From Promethearchaeota archaeon (GTDB taxonomy: Archaea > Asgardarchaeota > Hermodarchaeia > Hermodarchaeales > Hermodarchaeaceae): DNA of 64,000 nt. The notes under the pieces were generated by a model. The model ran no database searches and had not been told where the DNA came from. It saw nothing but the letters and a program-made list of their open reading frames with translations. The stretch lies in the NCBI GenBank assembly GCA_048938385.1, contig JBHLMG010000002.1:96001-160000 (forward strand), in the 5' to 3' direction. The number at the start of each line of letters is the position of its first letter. The stretch's first letter is position 1. Positions 49,827 to 59,330 of the stretch are shown piece by piece. The position numbers and the translations under genes are program-made.

Positions 49827-50933
49827 ATGGTTGAAGAAGTTGAAGTCTATCGAGCCTTACAACGGCACATGGACACATTTCCCATCCGTTTTCCCGAAAG
49901 GGAGGGTGGTGCTGAAATTCGACTCCTGAAAAGGCTTTTCACACCTCAAGAGGCGAAAATCGCTACAAAACTAAAATGGTCTGTGTCTCCTTCGGAAACA
50001 CTGGATATCATCTATCCACGCTTGAAAAACACTGGAATATCAAAAGAGGAATTGGAAGAAACGCTGGATGAAATGGCCAAAAAGGGATTAATTTGTTATC
50101 AAAAAGATGGGGAAACCAAATATTATGCTAATGCCATGTGGGCTGTAGGTATCCTCGAATTCCAGGTGGACAAATTAACAAAAGCACTCGTCACAGATAT
50201 GGCGCAATTCTATAAGGCTCGGCCTCTTCAAGAAATTCAGCGAACAGGAATAGGGCAACTTCGAACCATTCCTGTTGGACAGAGTATAAGACGGGAAGAT
50301 AGCGTAGCCAATTATGATAATGTTAGACAACTCATTAACAAATCGAATGGTCCCTTCATACTAATCAATTGCGTTTGCCGTCAGACCAAAGATATCGTGA
50401 ATGAGCCTTGCAAGGCAACCGACCGTCGTGATCTATGCATCGGTATCGGTGATTTTACAAAACAATATCTTGACCTTGGTTGGGGTCGAGAAGTTTCCAA
50501 AGAAGAAATATTAGAGACGATTCGACAAAACGAGAACGAAGGATTGATTTTACAGCCTAGTAATTCACAAGATATCAAATTTCTATGTAGTTGTTGTGGT
50601 TGTTGTTGTTTAGGACTTGTGGGGGTAAAAGGTGCTTCTCGTCCTGTGGACTATTTCACAACCAATTACTATGCAGAAGTTGATGCGGATTCGTGCAGTA
50701 ATTGTGGCACTTGTGTTGATGTATGTCAAATGGATGCAGTCACGCTTACAAATAATATCGCGAGTATTAGCCTTGATCGATGTATTGGATGCGGTGTATG
50801 TGTGGCGAATTGTCCTTCGGAAGCAGTGAGCTTGGTCAAGAAGGAGAAAGAGCATGTTCCGCCCAAAACGTTTGAAGACTTGTATGCTCAAATTGAACAA
50901 AGAAGAAGGGAATTAGAAAAGGCTACAAAATAG
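49827..50933 (+). CDS. Fe-S protein with HTH-like N-terminus and C-terminal 2x[4Fe-4S] domain
   Basis: LFTPQEA, CVCR, CSCCGCCC, CSNCGTCVDVC, CIGCGVCVANCP. Confidence 0.88.
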   Translation: MVEEVEVYRALQRHMDTFPIRFPEREGGAEIRLLKRLFTPQEAKIATKLKWSVSPSETLDIIYPRLKNTGISKEELEETLDEMAKKGLICYQKDGETKYYANAMWAVGILEFQVDKLTKALVTDMAQFYKARPLQEIQRTGIGQLRTIPVGQSIRREDSVANYDNVRQLINKSNGPFILINCVCRQTKDIVNEPCKATDRRDLCIGIGDFTKQYLDLGWGREVSKEEILETIRQNENEGLILQPSNSQDIKFLCSCCGCCCLGLVGVKGASRPVDYFTTNYYAEVDADSCSNCGTCVDVCQMDAVTLTNNIASISLDRCIGCGVCVANCPSEAVSLVKKEKEHVPPKTFEDLYAQIEQRRRELEKATK

Positions 50934-50970
50934 CCTTCCAACTGCTCTCTGTTGCTCTATTTTTCTTTGA

Positions 50971-51657
50971 TTATCCTCGTCCACCACTGATTCGTCCATC
51001 AGACATGGTGAAATGACGATCAGCATACTTGATGAGCTCTTGATCGTGGGTTACGACAAGAAAGGTGATTTTCTCTGTTTTGTTAAGTTGGCGAAGGAGC
51101 TGCATGATGCTAGCTCCAGTCTTGGTATCCAAGTCTCCTGTAGGCTCATCGGCGAAGACGACTTTGGGATTATTCACTAAGGCACGGGCTATTGCAGTGC
51201 GTTGCTGTTCTCCGCCAGAAAGTTGTCGGGGGATGTGGTCTTTGCGTTCGACCATATCCACAGCACGAATGACTTCCATGGTCTTTTGTTCCACTTCTTT
51301 GTTGGTAAGTTTTGTTGGCCACAAAGGAGCTGCAACATTCTCAAATACATTCATTGTAGAGATGAGGTTGAAAAGTTGGAAAATGAACCCAATTTTTTCT
51401 TTGCGGATTTTTGGTAGAATCCTTTCATCAACTACAGTGAGATCCATTTGATCAAAGATCACGCGGCCATCCGTAGGTCGATCAAGACCTGAAAGCACAT
51501 TGAGAAGGGTTGTTTTTCCACAGCCGCTTTTCCCTTCGACGACGATGAACTCTCCTGATCGAATGGTTAGATTAATATCACGAAGGGCGTGGATGATTTC
51601 TCGACCGCGTCGATATTCTTTTTCAACACCTTGTGCAACGATTATTTCGTCTGGCAT
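50971..51657 (-). CDS. LolD/MacB-type ABC ATP-binding protein
   Basis: GKSGCGKT, IGFIFQ.FNL, LSGGEQQR, ADEPTGDLD, VTHD. Confidence 0.95.
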   Translation of the reverse strand: MPDEIIVAQGVEKEYRRGREIIHALRDINLTIRSGEFIVVEGKSGCGKTTLLNVLSGLDRPTDGRVIFDQMDLTVVDERILPKIRKEKIGFIFQLFNLISTMNVFENVAAPLWPTKLTNKEVEQKTMEVIRAVDMVERKDHIPRQLSGGEQQRTAIARALVNNPKVVFADEPTGDLDTKTGASIMQLLRQLNKTEKITFLVVTHDQELIKYADRHFTMSDGRISGGRG

Positions 51658-51675
51658 GTGTATTCATTTCCTCCG

Positions 51676-52263
51676 TTATTCAGGTCTGGTTAACGCCCTC
51701 ATGGGACTGATTCGAAGTGTTCGCCAAATAAGAATCAGAATCCCTGGAACTTGAGCGATCATTACTGTGCTGAAGGCCATAATCATGAAGTCTGGTCGAA
51801 TTAGTAAATGCCGAATGAACTCGGGAACAAAGACAATACTATTTCCTAAAGGATCTAGACTGAGAACGATCATTGTTGCAAAATAAAATCCTGAAATAAG
51901 TACGCCTAAAAGAGCGATGGTAACGGTTGCGGCAATTGTATGGAAAATTATCTCTCCGAGCACGAGCTGTTGAATGTCAGTATTCGCCCATCCGATGCAT
52001 TTCAATGTGGCAATGTCGTCTCGCCGCCCATGGGCTAGGAGCCAGGCAAAAATTATTCCCATGATGGCACCAGCAAGAACGCTATAGCTTAGAAAAAGCA
52101 TCTGGCTTGCCGCATTGACTGGGTCAAAGAAATAGATGAAGAAGTTTCGAATGATTATGGCAATCCAGGTCAGTAATATTGCATAGGCCACTAGAAAGAC
52201 GATAAATCGGCGAGTCGTGCGAATACTGACTCGCCAAGACTTTAAGAAAATCCTCAACACCAT
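51676..52263 (-). CDS. minimal FtsX-like permease
   Basis: RRDDIATLKCIGW and ISPMRAL FtsX-type motifs; 4 TMs. Confidence 0.8.
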   Translation of the reverse strand: MVLRIFLKSWRVSIRTTRRFIVFLVAYAILLTWIAIIIRNFFIYFFDPVNAASQMLFLSYSVLAGAIMGIIFAWLLAHGRRDDIATLKCIGWANTDIQQLVLGEIIFHTIAATVTIALLGVLISGFYFATMIVLSLDPLGNSIVFVPEFIRHLLIRPDFMIMAFSTVMIAQVPGILILIWRTLRISPMRALTRPE

Positions 52264-52353
52264 CTTGTTTTTTCCTCTCGGATTCTTTTCATGTAGTGAT
52301 GGTCTATAGATTCATTAGGCAGAAGCCTTATAACAGCTTTTACTCTCTGCTGA

Positions 52354-52953
52354 TTATGTTGATTCTTTTGTAATCCTCTTAACAGTTCGCGTTGCGTAGC
52401 GGCTTACCATACGAGAAGCGAGCTGAATTAAGAATGTAATTACGAGAATGGCTATTGAAAGGATGATGAGACTCGGATATATCGAGTCAGTCAGGATCCA
52501 AAGGTCAAAAACGAGATACTTCCACAATAAATAGATGGCATAGAGTCCTGCGAGAGTAAAGAAAACGATAGCAACCGCAAAGAGGCTGAGAATGAATCCT
52601 CCGTCTCGGCTTCCTCGAATGCCTCTTCCGATTTCTTCACCCAAAACGAATCGTTTGACGCGTTGATGGGATCGGATGAAGAATCCAAAAAAGAGCATCA
52701 GGATAGCGAACGCTATAGCGCCTCCACATAGAAGGAGGAACACGAGAATATCTTGACCGTATGGGCTGATTTTAATGAACTCCCAGATACCACTCCAGAC
52801 GAAAAGGTATCCAACACTGGATCCAATGAGCACTAATATTGCCAGGAGCTGAATGATGAAAGTTGCAGTGGTGGCTCCAGCAAACAATCGATCGAGGTTT
52901 ATCTTGCGTTTTTCTTTCGACATCGTAGGAGGTGACATGAAGATGGCTCCCAT
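52354..52953 (-). CDS. four-TM membrane protein
   Basis: Four hydrophobic segments. Confidence 0.75.
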   Translation of the reverse strand: MGAIFMSPPTMSKEKRKINLDRLFAGATTATFIIQLLAILVLIGSSVGYLFVWSGIWEFIKISPYGQDILVFLLLCGGAIAFAILMLFFGFFIRSHQRVKRFVLGEEIGRGIRGSRDGGFILSLFAVAIVFFTLAGLYAIYLLWKYLVFDLWILTDSIYPSLIILSIAILVITFLIQLASRMVSRYATRTVKRITKEST

Positions 52954-53083
52954 TATCTATTGATTAGATTCTCCCTTCTCTGCTTATTAAAAGACTACTC
53001 TTCCCTTCAGAAACAAAGGCTTAAAGGCGGGGGCGGGAACCTGACCATAGAACAGTGGGGTTGTAAGGAGGAACACCTCATCC

Positions 53084-53827
53084 ATGAATTCACCCCGAAA
53101 TTTCGCAGCGATCGAGAAAAAAATAACTCACTGGCTTCAGGAGTACCTACTTAAGAGTGGCTCGAAAGGGTTTGTCGTAGCACTCTCTGGAGGGGTTGAT
53201 TCCAGCGTCACCGCGGTTCTTTGCCGACGAGTAACCAAATCCACTTTAGCACTCCTCCTTCCTTGTGGTTACTCCTCACCTGATGATATTTCAGATGCAA
53301 TTTTAGTAGTTAAGAACTTTGACATTGATCACCGGACCTATGATCTTACACCCATTTTTGAAACATTTCTCTCTGCATTTCATCTCACTCCAGATGTACC
53401 AATTACAATTCCGCTAGCAAATATCAAGGCACGACTTCGTATGGTTGCCCTCTATTATGAATCGAATCGACTTCAACGGTTAGTTGTGGGCACTAGTAAT
53501 CGAACTGAATTAGCACTAGGGTTCTTCACTAAATATGGAGATGGTGGAGTCGATCTGATGCCCTTAGGAAATCTACTTAAAAGAGAGATCCGCGGGCTTG
53601 CCTCCCACCTGGGCATTCCACAATCTATTATCATGAAAACTCCAAGCCCTGGTTTATGGCCTGGGCAAACTGATGAGGGTGAATTAGGCGCCTCGTATGA
53701 TCAATTGGATGACTTGGTAATGGGAAAAACTACTCATGGAATGACTCGTGCCGAAGTGAAACGATTTCAAGAACGAATTGCTAAGAACGTGCACAAACGA
53801 AATCTGCTTCCTATTTGCCCACTGTGA
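53084..53827 (+). CDS. nadE: NH3-dependent NAD+ synthetase
   Basis: LSGGVDS, NIKARLRM, GFFTKYGDGG, PSPGLWPGQTDEGELG, HKR. Confidence 0.96.
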   Translation: MNSPRNFAAIEKKITHWLQEYLLKSGSKGFVVALSGGVDSSVTAVLCRRVTKSTLALLLPCGYSSPDDISDAILVVKNFDIDHRTYDLTPIFETFLSAFHLTPDVPITIPLANIKARLRMVALYYESNRLQRLVVGTSNRTELALGFFTKYGDGGVDLMPLGNLLKREIRGLASHLGIPQSIIMKTPSPGLWPGQTDEGELGASYDQLDDLVMGKTTHGMTRAEVKRFQERIAKNVHKRNLLPICPL

Positions 53828-53845
53828 ACTAAGGAAACCTCTCGA

Positions 53846-54358
53846 GTGGTAACAGTGAATCCTCTAAAACGCCTTTTAGGACTGATTTTTTACTTCTGTG
53901 AACATAAAGAAATCCATGCCTTCAAAGTCCAATTAAACGACCGAATCTACTATGTGTGTGCCCGGTGTTCTGGTCTATACCTGGGAATATTCTCCGGCTT
54001 TCCCCTCTCTCTTCTCCTACTATTATCTGCTCCTTTTATGTATCAGCTAGGAGATTTCAGTACCACTATAATAGCTATCCTACTTGCCTTACCTGCAATG
54101 CTCGATTGGACTACCCAGCGTCTTGCCTGGCGAGAAAGCAGGAATGTGATTCGGTTTTGGAGCGCCCTTCCAGCGGGGTTTTCCCTCTCCTGGTATCTTC
54201 TCTCGCCTATATCGCTTCTTGTAAAAATCTTAGTAATGATTGGCTTGCTATCCTTCCTTGTAATCTTTGGGCGTATTGATCGCCGCCCTCGGCTCGATGG
54301 ACCAAAGACACCACAGCATGAGGAAGCTCAATCTATCAAGCTTGCTTCTCTACTTTGA
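53846..54358 (+). CDS. DUF2085-like membrane protein
   Basis: FC.H, VCARCSGLYLG, P..LDWTTQ...ESRN..R. Confidence 0.85.
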   Translation: MVTVNPLKRLLGLIFYFCEHKEIHAFKVQLNDRIYYVCARCSGLYLGIFSGFPLSLLLLLSAPFMYQLGDFSTTIIAILLALPAMLDWTTQRLAWRESRNVIRFWSALPAGFSLSWYLLSPISLLVKILVMIGLLSFLVIFGRIDRRPRLDGPKTPQHEEAQSIKLASLL

Positions 54359-55208
54359 TTTTTTTCAGTGCCTTACGAGCAGCAGATTGAACAATTTCAT
54401 CGGGATCAAGTATGGCTTCTTCGATATCTTTTACTGCATCTTCAGGAAGGTTACTAATGTGGGATAATGTTAACAGGGCGATAGCTCGTAATTCAGCTCG
54501 ATCAGCCCTTAGTACTTCTAAGAGGTTTGAAATAGCTGATGTGCCTATCTGTTCTAACGCTGTTTTTGCTGCGGTGCGAACATCGAGGGTTTTCTCATCA
54601 TGGAGAAATTCCTCCTCATCAGTGAGCAAAGCAATCAGTTTAGGAACTGCTTCAGGAACATCAGGGCCCAAGTTTCCAAGGGCTAAAGCGGCTTCTCCAC
54701 GGACAACCTCATCGCTATCAGTTAACGCATCAATTAGCGCGTCCTTTGCTTCAATGGCTCCCGAACCCATTTGCGTAAATACGCGAGCAACAGCTCGGCG
54801 CACGTCATCGTCATCGTGGCTAAGAAGAGAAGAAAGGGAGTCAGCCGCTTCGACAGCATCAGATCCTAGAAAATAGAGCGCTTCTGCTGCGTATCGGTAG
54901 AGTTCTTCGTTGTCACTATTGAGTCCACTGATGAGCATAGGCAGGGCTTCTAACAATCGAGGATGGTCTCCAGATTGCGAAACGACTTCAAACGCTAAAC
55001 GCTGCATAGCCTCGTCTGAGCCTTCAAGAAATTCAAGTAGGTCTTCCCAGGCATCATCGTCCTCATTGACGAGTTCAAGTGCCTTTTGAATTTCACCATC
55101 TTCGAGTAACTTTTCTAACTCAGACACACAAGTCGCCTCAATGCGCTGTTCCTGTGTATTCTTATTCATAATTAACTGTTCAAAAAGGTTATCGCCTGTA
55201 TGCTGCAT
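54336..55208 (-). CDS. HEAT-repeat protein
   Basis: Repeated L..D.D..VR..AA.ALG units. Confidence 0.88.
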   Translation of the reverse strand: MQHTGDNLFEQLIMNKNTQEQRIEATCVSELEKLLEDGEIQKALELVNEDDDAWEDLLEFLEGSDEAMQRLAFEVVSQSGDHPRLLEALPMLISGLNSDNEELYRYAAEALYFLGSDAVEAADSLSSLLSHDDDDVRRAVARVFTQMGSGAIEAKDALIDALTDSDEVVRGEAALALGNLGPDVPEAVPKLIALLTDEEEFLHDEKTLDVRTAAKTALEQIGTSAISNLLEVLRADRAELRAIALLTLSHISNLPEDAVKDIEEAILDPDEIVQSAARKALKKIKVEKQA

Positions 55209-55342
55209 ATCTTATTGAGAATAAGGGGTTCCCAATTCTAAAGAGGAATTATCCAATCGTGCTTAAAACGCTGTAATGCCAAAGTTACACTCACGAACTG
55301 AATCCCCTCTTTTCCATGAATCTACTTCTCTTAGAATTGATT

Positions 55343-55390
55343 AAAAGAAAAAGAATCCCGTTAACGTTCGAATGAAGCTAACGGGTATTC
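55343..55390 (-). terminator. hairpin plus U-tract downstream of the 7TM gene
   Basis: + strand GAATCCCGTTA(55353-63)/TAACGGGTATTC(55379-90), preceded by AAAAGAAAAA. Confidence 0.5.
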
Positions 55391-55411
55391 AGCGTGTTGA
55401 GGAGCCATGGG

Positions 55412-56122
55412 CTAAGACTTGAATTCAACAAGCAACCAAGCAATGAATATAATAATCCATGCAATAGCAGCGAGTATGAAGGTATAGAGCATAAATGGTG
55501 CTATAAATTGGACCAGCGCCATGAGCAAGGCAGCGATGAACCATAGGAAGATTCCCAACCAGCCAATCCAGGTCCACATCTTCGCGGCGCCCTCACGTTC
55601 TTTCGCAAGGCGATAGAGCACGAGGAAGGGTACTAAGAACATGTAGAAGAAGGCTAGCAAGCCACTGTATAATATGAAGTAAAACGGCATAGCGAGATAG
55701 GTAAGCACTCCATCTGAAACAGTCTGCACCGTAACTGGCGTGGCAAGGAACCACAAGAGTGTGAGCCAAGATAGCGTTCCCAAGATGGGGAGGTAAACAG
55801 CCCACATCCGCTTCTTAAACCACTCAAAATCGAGGCAGTAGAACACTAAGCAGAAGGCGTGGAGTCCAACAAAGGTGTATGCTCCAAGGTAGTACGGTAA
55901 TAGTTGAACAGCAGTCGCTACAGCTGGAAGATTGTAAATAGACGCAGCTAAACTCATGAAGGTTAGAAACCCGAAAACAACGGCAAGGAATCCACCGAAT
56001 CCCGATGACGGTGATCTACCTCTCAAGGATCCGATAATTCCAATCAGCGCAAATACCAAAAAGATGATGCAAAGTAGCATTATGGCTCCAAAATGGATGG
56101 GTGTTTCATGTATGTAGAGCAT
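55412..56122 (-). CDS. seven-TM membrane protein, paralog A
   Basis: 7 hydrophobic segments; N-terminus MLYIHETPIHFG shared with its neighbour. Confidence 0.85.
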   Translation of the reverse strand: MLYIHETPIHFGAIMLLCIIFLVFALIGIIGSLRGRSPSSGFGGFLAVVFGFLTFMSLAASIYNLPAVATAVQLLPYYLGAYTFVGLHAFCLVFYCLDFEWFKKRMWAVYLPILGTLSWLTLLWFLATPVTVQTVSDGVLTYLAMPFYFILYSGLLAFFYMFLVPFLVLYRLAKEREGAAKMWTWIGWLGIFLWFIAALLMALVQFIAPFMLYTFILAAIAWIIIFIAWLLVEFKS

Positions 56123-56242
56123 GCTGGAAAAACCCTCCGGGGGAGCTTTTCTTCGTATGTACTATAAAAACACTTGTACTTCAAAAAAGGTGATGCCCGA
56201 GGCTCCTCAATGAAGAGTCTTCGGGCAAGATTCTATGGTGTA

Positions 56243-56968
56243 TTATTTTAACTTCGAAATTGCTCGAGTAGCTATAGTAAGTCCGATGTAACTTAGGATC
56301 AACCCAATGAGTCCAAGTCCGAGCGCATATGGCATGATGGGGGCAGCGAAGAAGACGACTGCCATGCACATTGCTGAGATATCCCACAAGAAAAGACCGA
56401 ACCAAGCTAGCCAATTTCCAGTCTTTAGGCTGCCCCCCTGCTCTTTCGTAACGCGATAGGTATGAATGAAGGGTATGATGAACATATAGATGATGGCGAG
56501 AACGCCACCATAGGTCACAACGACCAGTGGCATGGCGAGCCAATGCATGACTCCGTCAGAGACTACGGTTGTGGTGCCTGAAGTGGTGAATAGCCACAAC
56601 ACGACTAGAAACGAGATAGTGCCGATGAGGAAGAGGTACTTGAACCACTGTGGTAATTGAAGTGCCTTTACGCTGAACATTAAGAAAATCCCAAAAAAGG
56701 CGTACAGGGCTACACAAGACCACGCGCCAAGATAATAGGGTAAGAGTTGATCAGCTGTTGCGGTTGCTGGAAGATTGTACATCATGATGGCTAAGATAGA
56801 GTAAGTGAACAACAGAAAGAATAATGTCAAGAAGGTTAGCCAATTCCATTCCTTCCTTTCTTCGCTGGCAATCATTGCTCGAAAACTAACGAAAACGCCG
56901 TAAAGCAAAACTATCCAAGTCACAATTACAAGTCCGAAGTGAATTGGTGTTTCGTGAATGTAAAGCAT
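56243..56968 (-). CDS. seven-TM membrane protein, paralog B (start reassigned to 56968)
   Basis: Same MLYIHETPIHFG start and GGAGGGTTT SD context as paralog A; shared YNLPA.AT..QLLPYYLGA and VSDGV...LAMP. Confidence 0.85.
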   Translation of the reverse strand: MLYIHETPIHFGLVIVTWIVLLYGVFVSFRAMIASEERKEWNWLTFLTLFFLLFTYSILAIMMYNLPATATADQLLPYYLGAWSCVALYAFFGIFLMFSVKALQLPQWFKYLFLIGTISFLVVLWLFTTSGTTTVVSDGVMHWLAMPLVVVTYGGVLAIIYMFIIPFIHTYRVTKEQGGSLKTGNWLAWFGLFLWDISAMCMAVVFFAAPIMPYALGLGLIGLILSYIGLTIATRAISKLK

Positions 56969-57150
56969 TCCAAAGAAACCCTCCAATGTGCCCTCCTTTG
57001 CATATGTTATATAACGCTTCTGCTCATTCATTTGATTGTATGACGGAAATTCCGCCAAATTTCAAATGTATTCGTTGAATAATGGGTCGACCCAATTTGC
57101 GTTTTTTCCGCTTCTCTTTTGTTTTCAGAAAAAACTCTCCATCTTAAAAC

Positions 57151-57166
57151 GGAAAGCGTTTTAAAT
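57151..57166 (+). promoter_or_regulatory. candidate BRE/TATA box
   Basis: GGAAAGCG-TTTTAAAT; the TATA box is centred about 24 nt upstream of ATG 57186. Confidence 0.45.
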
Positions 57167-57185
57167 CTTCATCGTGTATAACTGC

Positions 57186-57218
57186 ATGGATAACGGGAGA
57201 CCCCCCGAGGAGGAATAG
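57186..57218 (+). CDS. candidate micro-ORF MDNGRPPEEE
   Basis: ATG at leaderless distance from a TATA box; NGRP shared with micro-ORF 61387..61440. Confidence 0.3.
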   Translation: MDNGRPPEEE

Positions 57219-57445
57219 AGCACACCTAACGCAGCTTCATTCCAATAAGCTAAATCACAATAGACCTGTTCCCTCTCAGCAAGGATTCTCAGTTATTCAT
57301 CCGCAGATACCGAACGAGGTAAAACAGACCATCGGCAACGGAACCTAACAAGGCGAATGGATGGGGTATCCTTCCCTGTGTCTTTCATTCCCCTCTCCCC
57401 CTCTCCTCCTTTATGTCCTCGTTCTGGACACCCCATCCCGTTATA

Positions 57446-57476
57446 GGGTGGCGCGGATTGCGTCACCCATTTTTTT
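57446..57476 (+). terminator. GC-rich hairpin plus T7
   Basis: GGGTGGCGC-GGATT-GCGTCACCC-ATTTTTTT. Confidence 0.65.
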
Positions 57477-57556
57477 ACGAATGGTTTTGGGCAAAAGGAT
57501 TGTTTTCAACGATCGGAGTTTTCAAATTTACCTTGATTTTCTGGATGAAGACCCGC

Positions 57557-58993
57557 CTATTCTTCCAGACACATCGTCGGAGGAACCTTCCATAATCTCT
57601 GGTTTGCTCTCCAAAGGATGTGTCGTTGGAGGGAGGGAAGAAGTGGAAGATTTCGTTTAAATCGTAATATCTTGGTCTTGAAAATTCTTGGAATAGTAAG
57701 GAGTGTTCGCGTTAACTGTTTGATAAGGCTTGGTCCGACAGTTGGGAGACCGATAAGGATAATGGCTCCATCGTCAGTAGGAAAAAGTTGTACCATCGGA
57801 TATTGGGTGATTAATTGATAGAGTATGTTGAGCGTTGGTTTCTCACAACTAATCAAAAGACAAAGAACATCTTCAAAAGCCATCCGGCTGAAGGTTAGAT
57901 ATGGGAAATAGGCTTCTTTTTGTCGAAGTTTACGAAGATGAGTCCAAATGGTTTTTTCTGATAATGGAAATGCGTTGTGGTGTAAGAGATCTCGTTGTTC
58001 GAATTTAGATAAAAGCCCTTCACAGGTGGTGATGGTTAGGAGCCAATCTGTTGGGTGAAAAGCCATGGGTTCTCCATGATAGATGAATCCTTGGAGTGGA
58101 GTGAACTGTGAACCATGTTCTTCGATGAACCGAAGAACCGCTTCGGTGTGGAGATCTGGTGAAATCTTCCACTGCTGTGAACCGTAATCATAGAAATCTA
58201 AACTTATGTTCGCGAAGAATCCACGAATTTGATGAATTTCTACATCATCTAAAAACACATCTTTTATCCATTGTATTGTTTGGTGTAGCTGTTTTAGCCA
58301 TTGAACTTGATCTGGCACAAACAGAGTGAAGACTCCGGAAATCTGATCGACATCAAACATCGCTCCAGTGAGAAAGGGGAAAGCATCGCCGAAGAAGAGT
58401 TGCTTGTTTAACCATTGTTTGAATCGCAGAGAAGTCTTAAGAGATGGTCCGCTGAAGTAAATTCCAAAATGAGCTAAACCGAATTTCGGGGGATTAAGGA
58501 TGCCAGCTACGCGAAGGCCATAACGAGTAAACAGAATTTGGCGATCCCGATTGATGGTCCGTGAACTAGTTTCTAACAACTTCGCAAGTGCCATGGTCCT
58601 TAGTTCTGGTTGAATTCCCTTGTGCTGAATGTATTGAATCTGTTTTCGGTTAAAATGCATAGGACGATACAACTGAAGACCAGCAGTGAGTAATTCTGAA
58701 ATTCGTTTTGGACTATGCAAGTGGTATTCTGCAATGATGTTTATCCTGTAAGCTAGTTCAGATGCCAATTCCTCAGAAATGGGCTGATTTTCAAAACTAA
58801 ACAGGGGATGATCAGGCAGATTGAGGTCTGTAAATGTCTGGGCGTGAAAAGCCCGTTTAAGATACAAGGTTATATGGGTAAGTAGGAGTTCAAGATCCGA
58901 TTTTGCGGGGCTTGGCTGAACTTCTTCTAAAATGGCTTGTTTTCGAATGTCAAATGATTGATAGGGATCTGGCACAACAAATCCCACCATCAA
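57557..58993 (-). CDS. tandem (double) Lrp/AsnC-like HTH regulator, paralog 1
   Basis: HTH LAKLLETSSRTINRD..., NPPKFGL, second HTH LSEKTIWTHLRKL; aligns over its length with 59706..61106. Confidence 0.8.
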   Translation of the reverse strand: MMVGFVVPDPYQSFDIRKQAILEEVQPSPAKSDLELLLTHITLYLKRAFHAQTFTDLNLPDHPLFSFENQPISEELASELAYRINIIAEYHLHSPKRISELLTAGLQLYRPMHFNRKQIQYIQHKGIQPELRTMALAKLLETSSRTINRDRQILFTRYGLRVAGILNPPKFGLAHFGIYFSGPSLKTSLRFKQWLNKQLFFGDAFPFLTGAMFDVDQISGVFTLFVPDQVQWLKQLHQTIQWIKDVFLDDVEIHQIRGFFANISLDFYDYGSQQWKISPDLHTEAVLRFIEEHGSQFTPLQGFIYHGEPMAFHPTDWLLTITTCEGLLSKFEQRDLLHHNAFPLSEKTIWTHLRKLRQKEAYFPYLTFSRMAFEDVLCLLISCEKPTLNILYQLITQYPMVQLFPTDDGAIILIGLPTVGPSLIKQLTRTLLTIPRIFKTKILRFKRNLPLLPSLQRHILWRANQRLWKVPPTMCLEE

Positions 58994-59330
58994 CCTTACT
59001 TCTTTTAGTTTTGTATAAACCTAGGCTTAATGAGAAAAAATTGCAGAAACTTGCCTCAAGTAAGACAAACCTCTAATTTCTCCTTGGGTAATAGATGCAA
59101 AACTATCATTATCGCACTGGAAACCAATGATTGACGCAAAATAACCGAGTTTAGAGGGAATAGAAACTGCTCCTGTGATGCCACTCCTATTAATTCCTCT
59201 AGAACTCTCCTTTCTTCTTCTTATAAGGTGGCTTAGTTTACCTGCATTTGGAGAAGATAATTTTCACGAACCCGATATCTCTCTTCTTCTCCCTCCTCCA
59301 AAAGCATACAACTCAAGGAGAAGAAAATCT

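Larger units (their letters stand above)
57186..57476 (+). ncRNA. candidate structured small RNA (about 290 nt)
   Basis: TATA upstream; complementary ends ATAACGGGA/TCCCGTTAT; further 8-13 bp stems; ends in a hairpin plus T7. Confidence 0.4.

Noticed and set aside
55412-56968. Microbial rhodopsins (heliorhodopsin or schizorhodopsin)
   Set aside because: No retinal-binding Lys within helix 7 and no RY/W..W helix-3 motif
57186-57476. tRNA, SRP RNA or RNase P RNA
   Set aside because: No cloverleaf or T-loop, SRP helix-8 motif or RNase P P4 consensus was recognisable
57361-57660. 99-aa plus-strand ORF (and 57413..57595)
   Set aside because: It runs through a terminator hairpin, overlaps the convergent regulator and derives from a low-complexity pyrimidine tract
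59095-59143. Micro-ORFs MQNYHYRTGNQ and MIDAK in the middle intergenic gap
   Set aside because: No NGRP motif or convincing SD; ORFs this short are expected by chance
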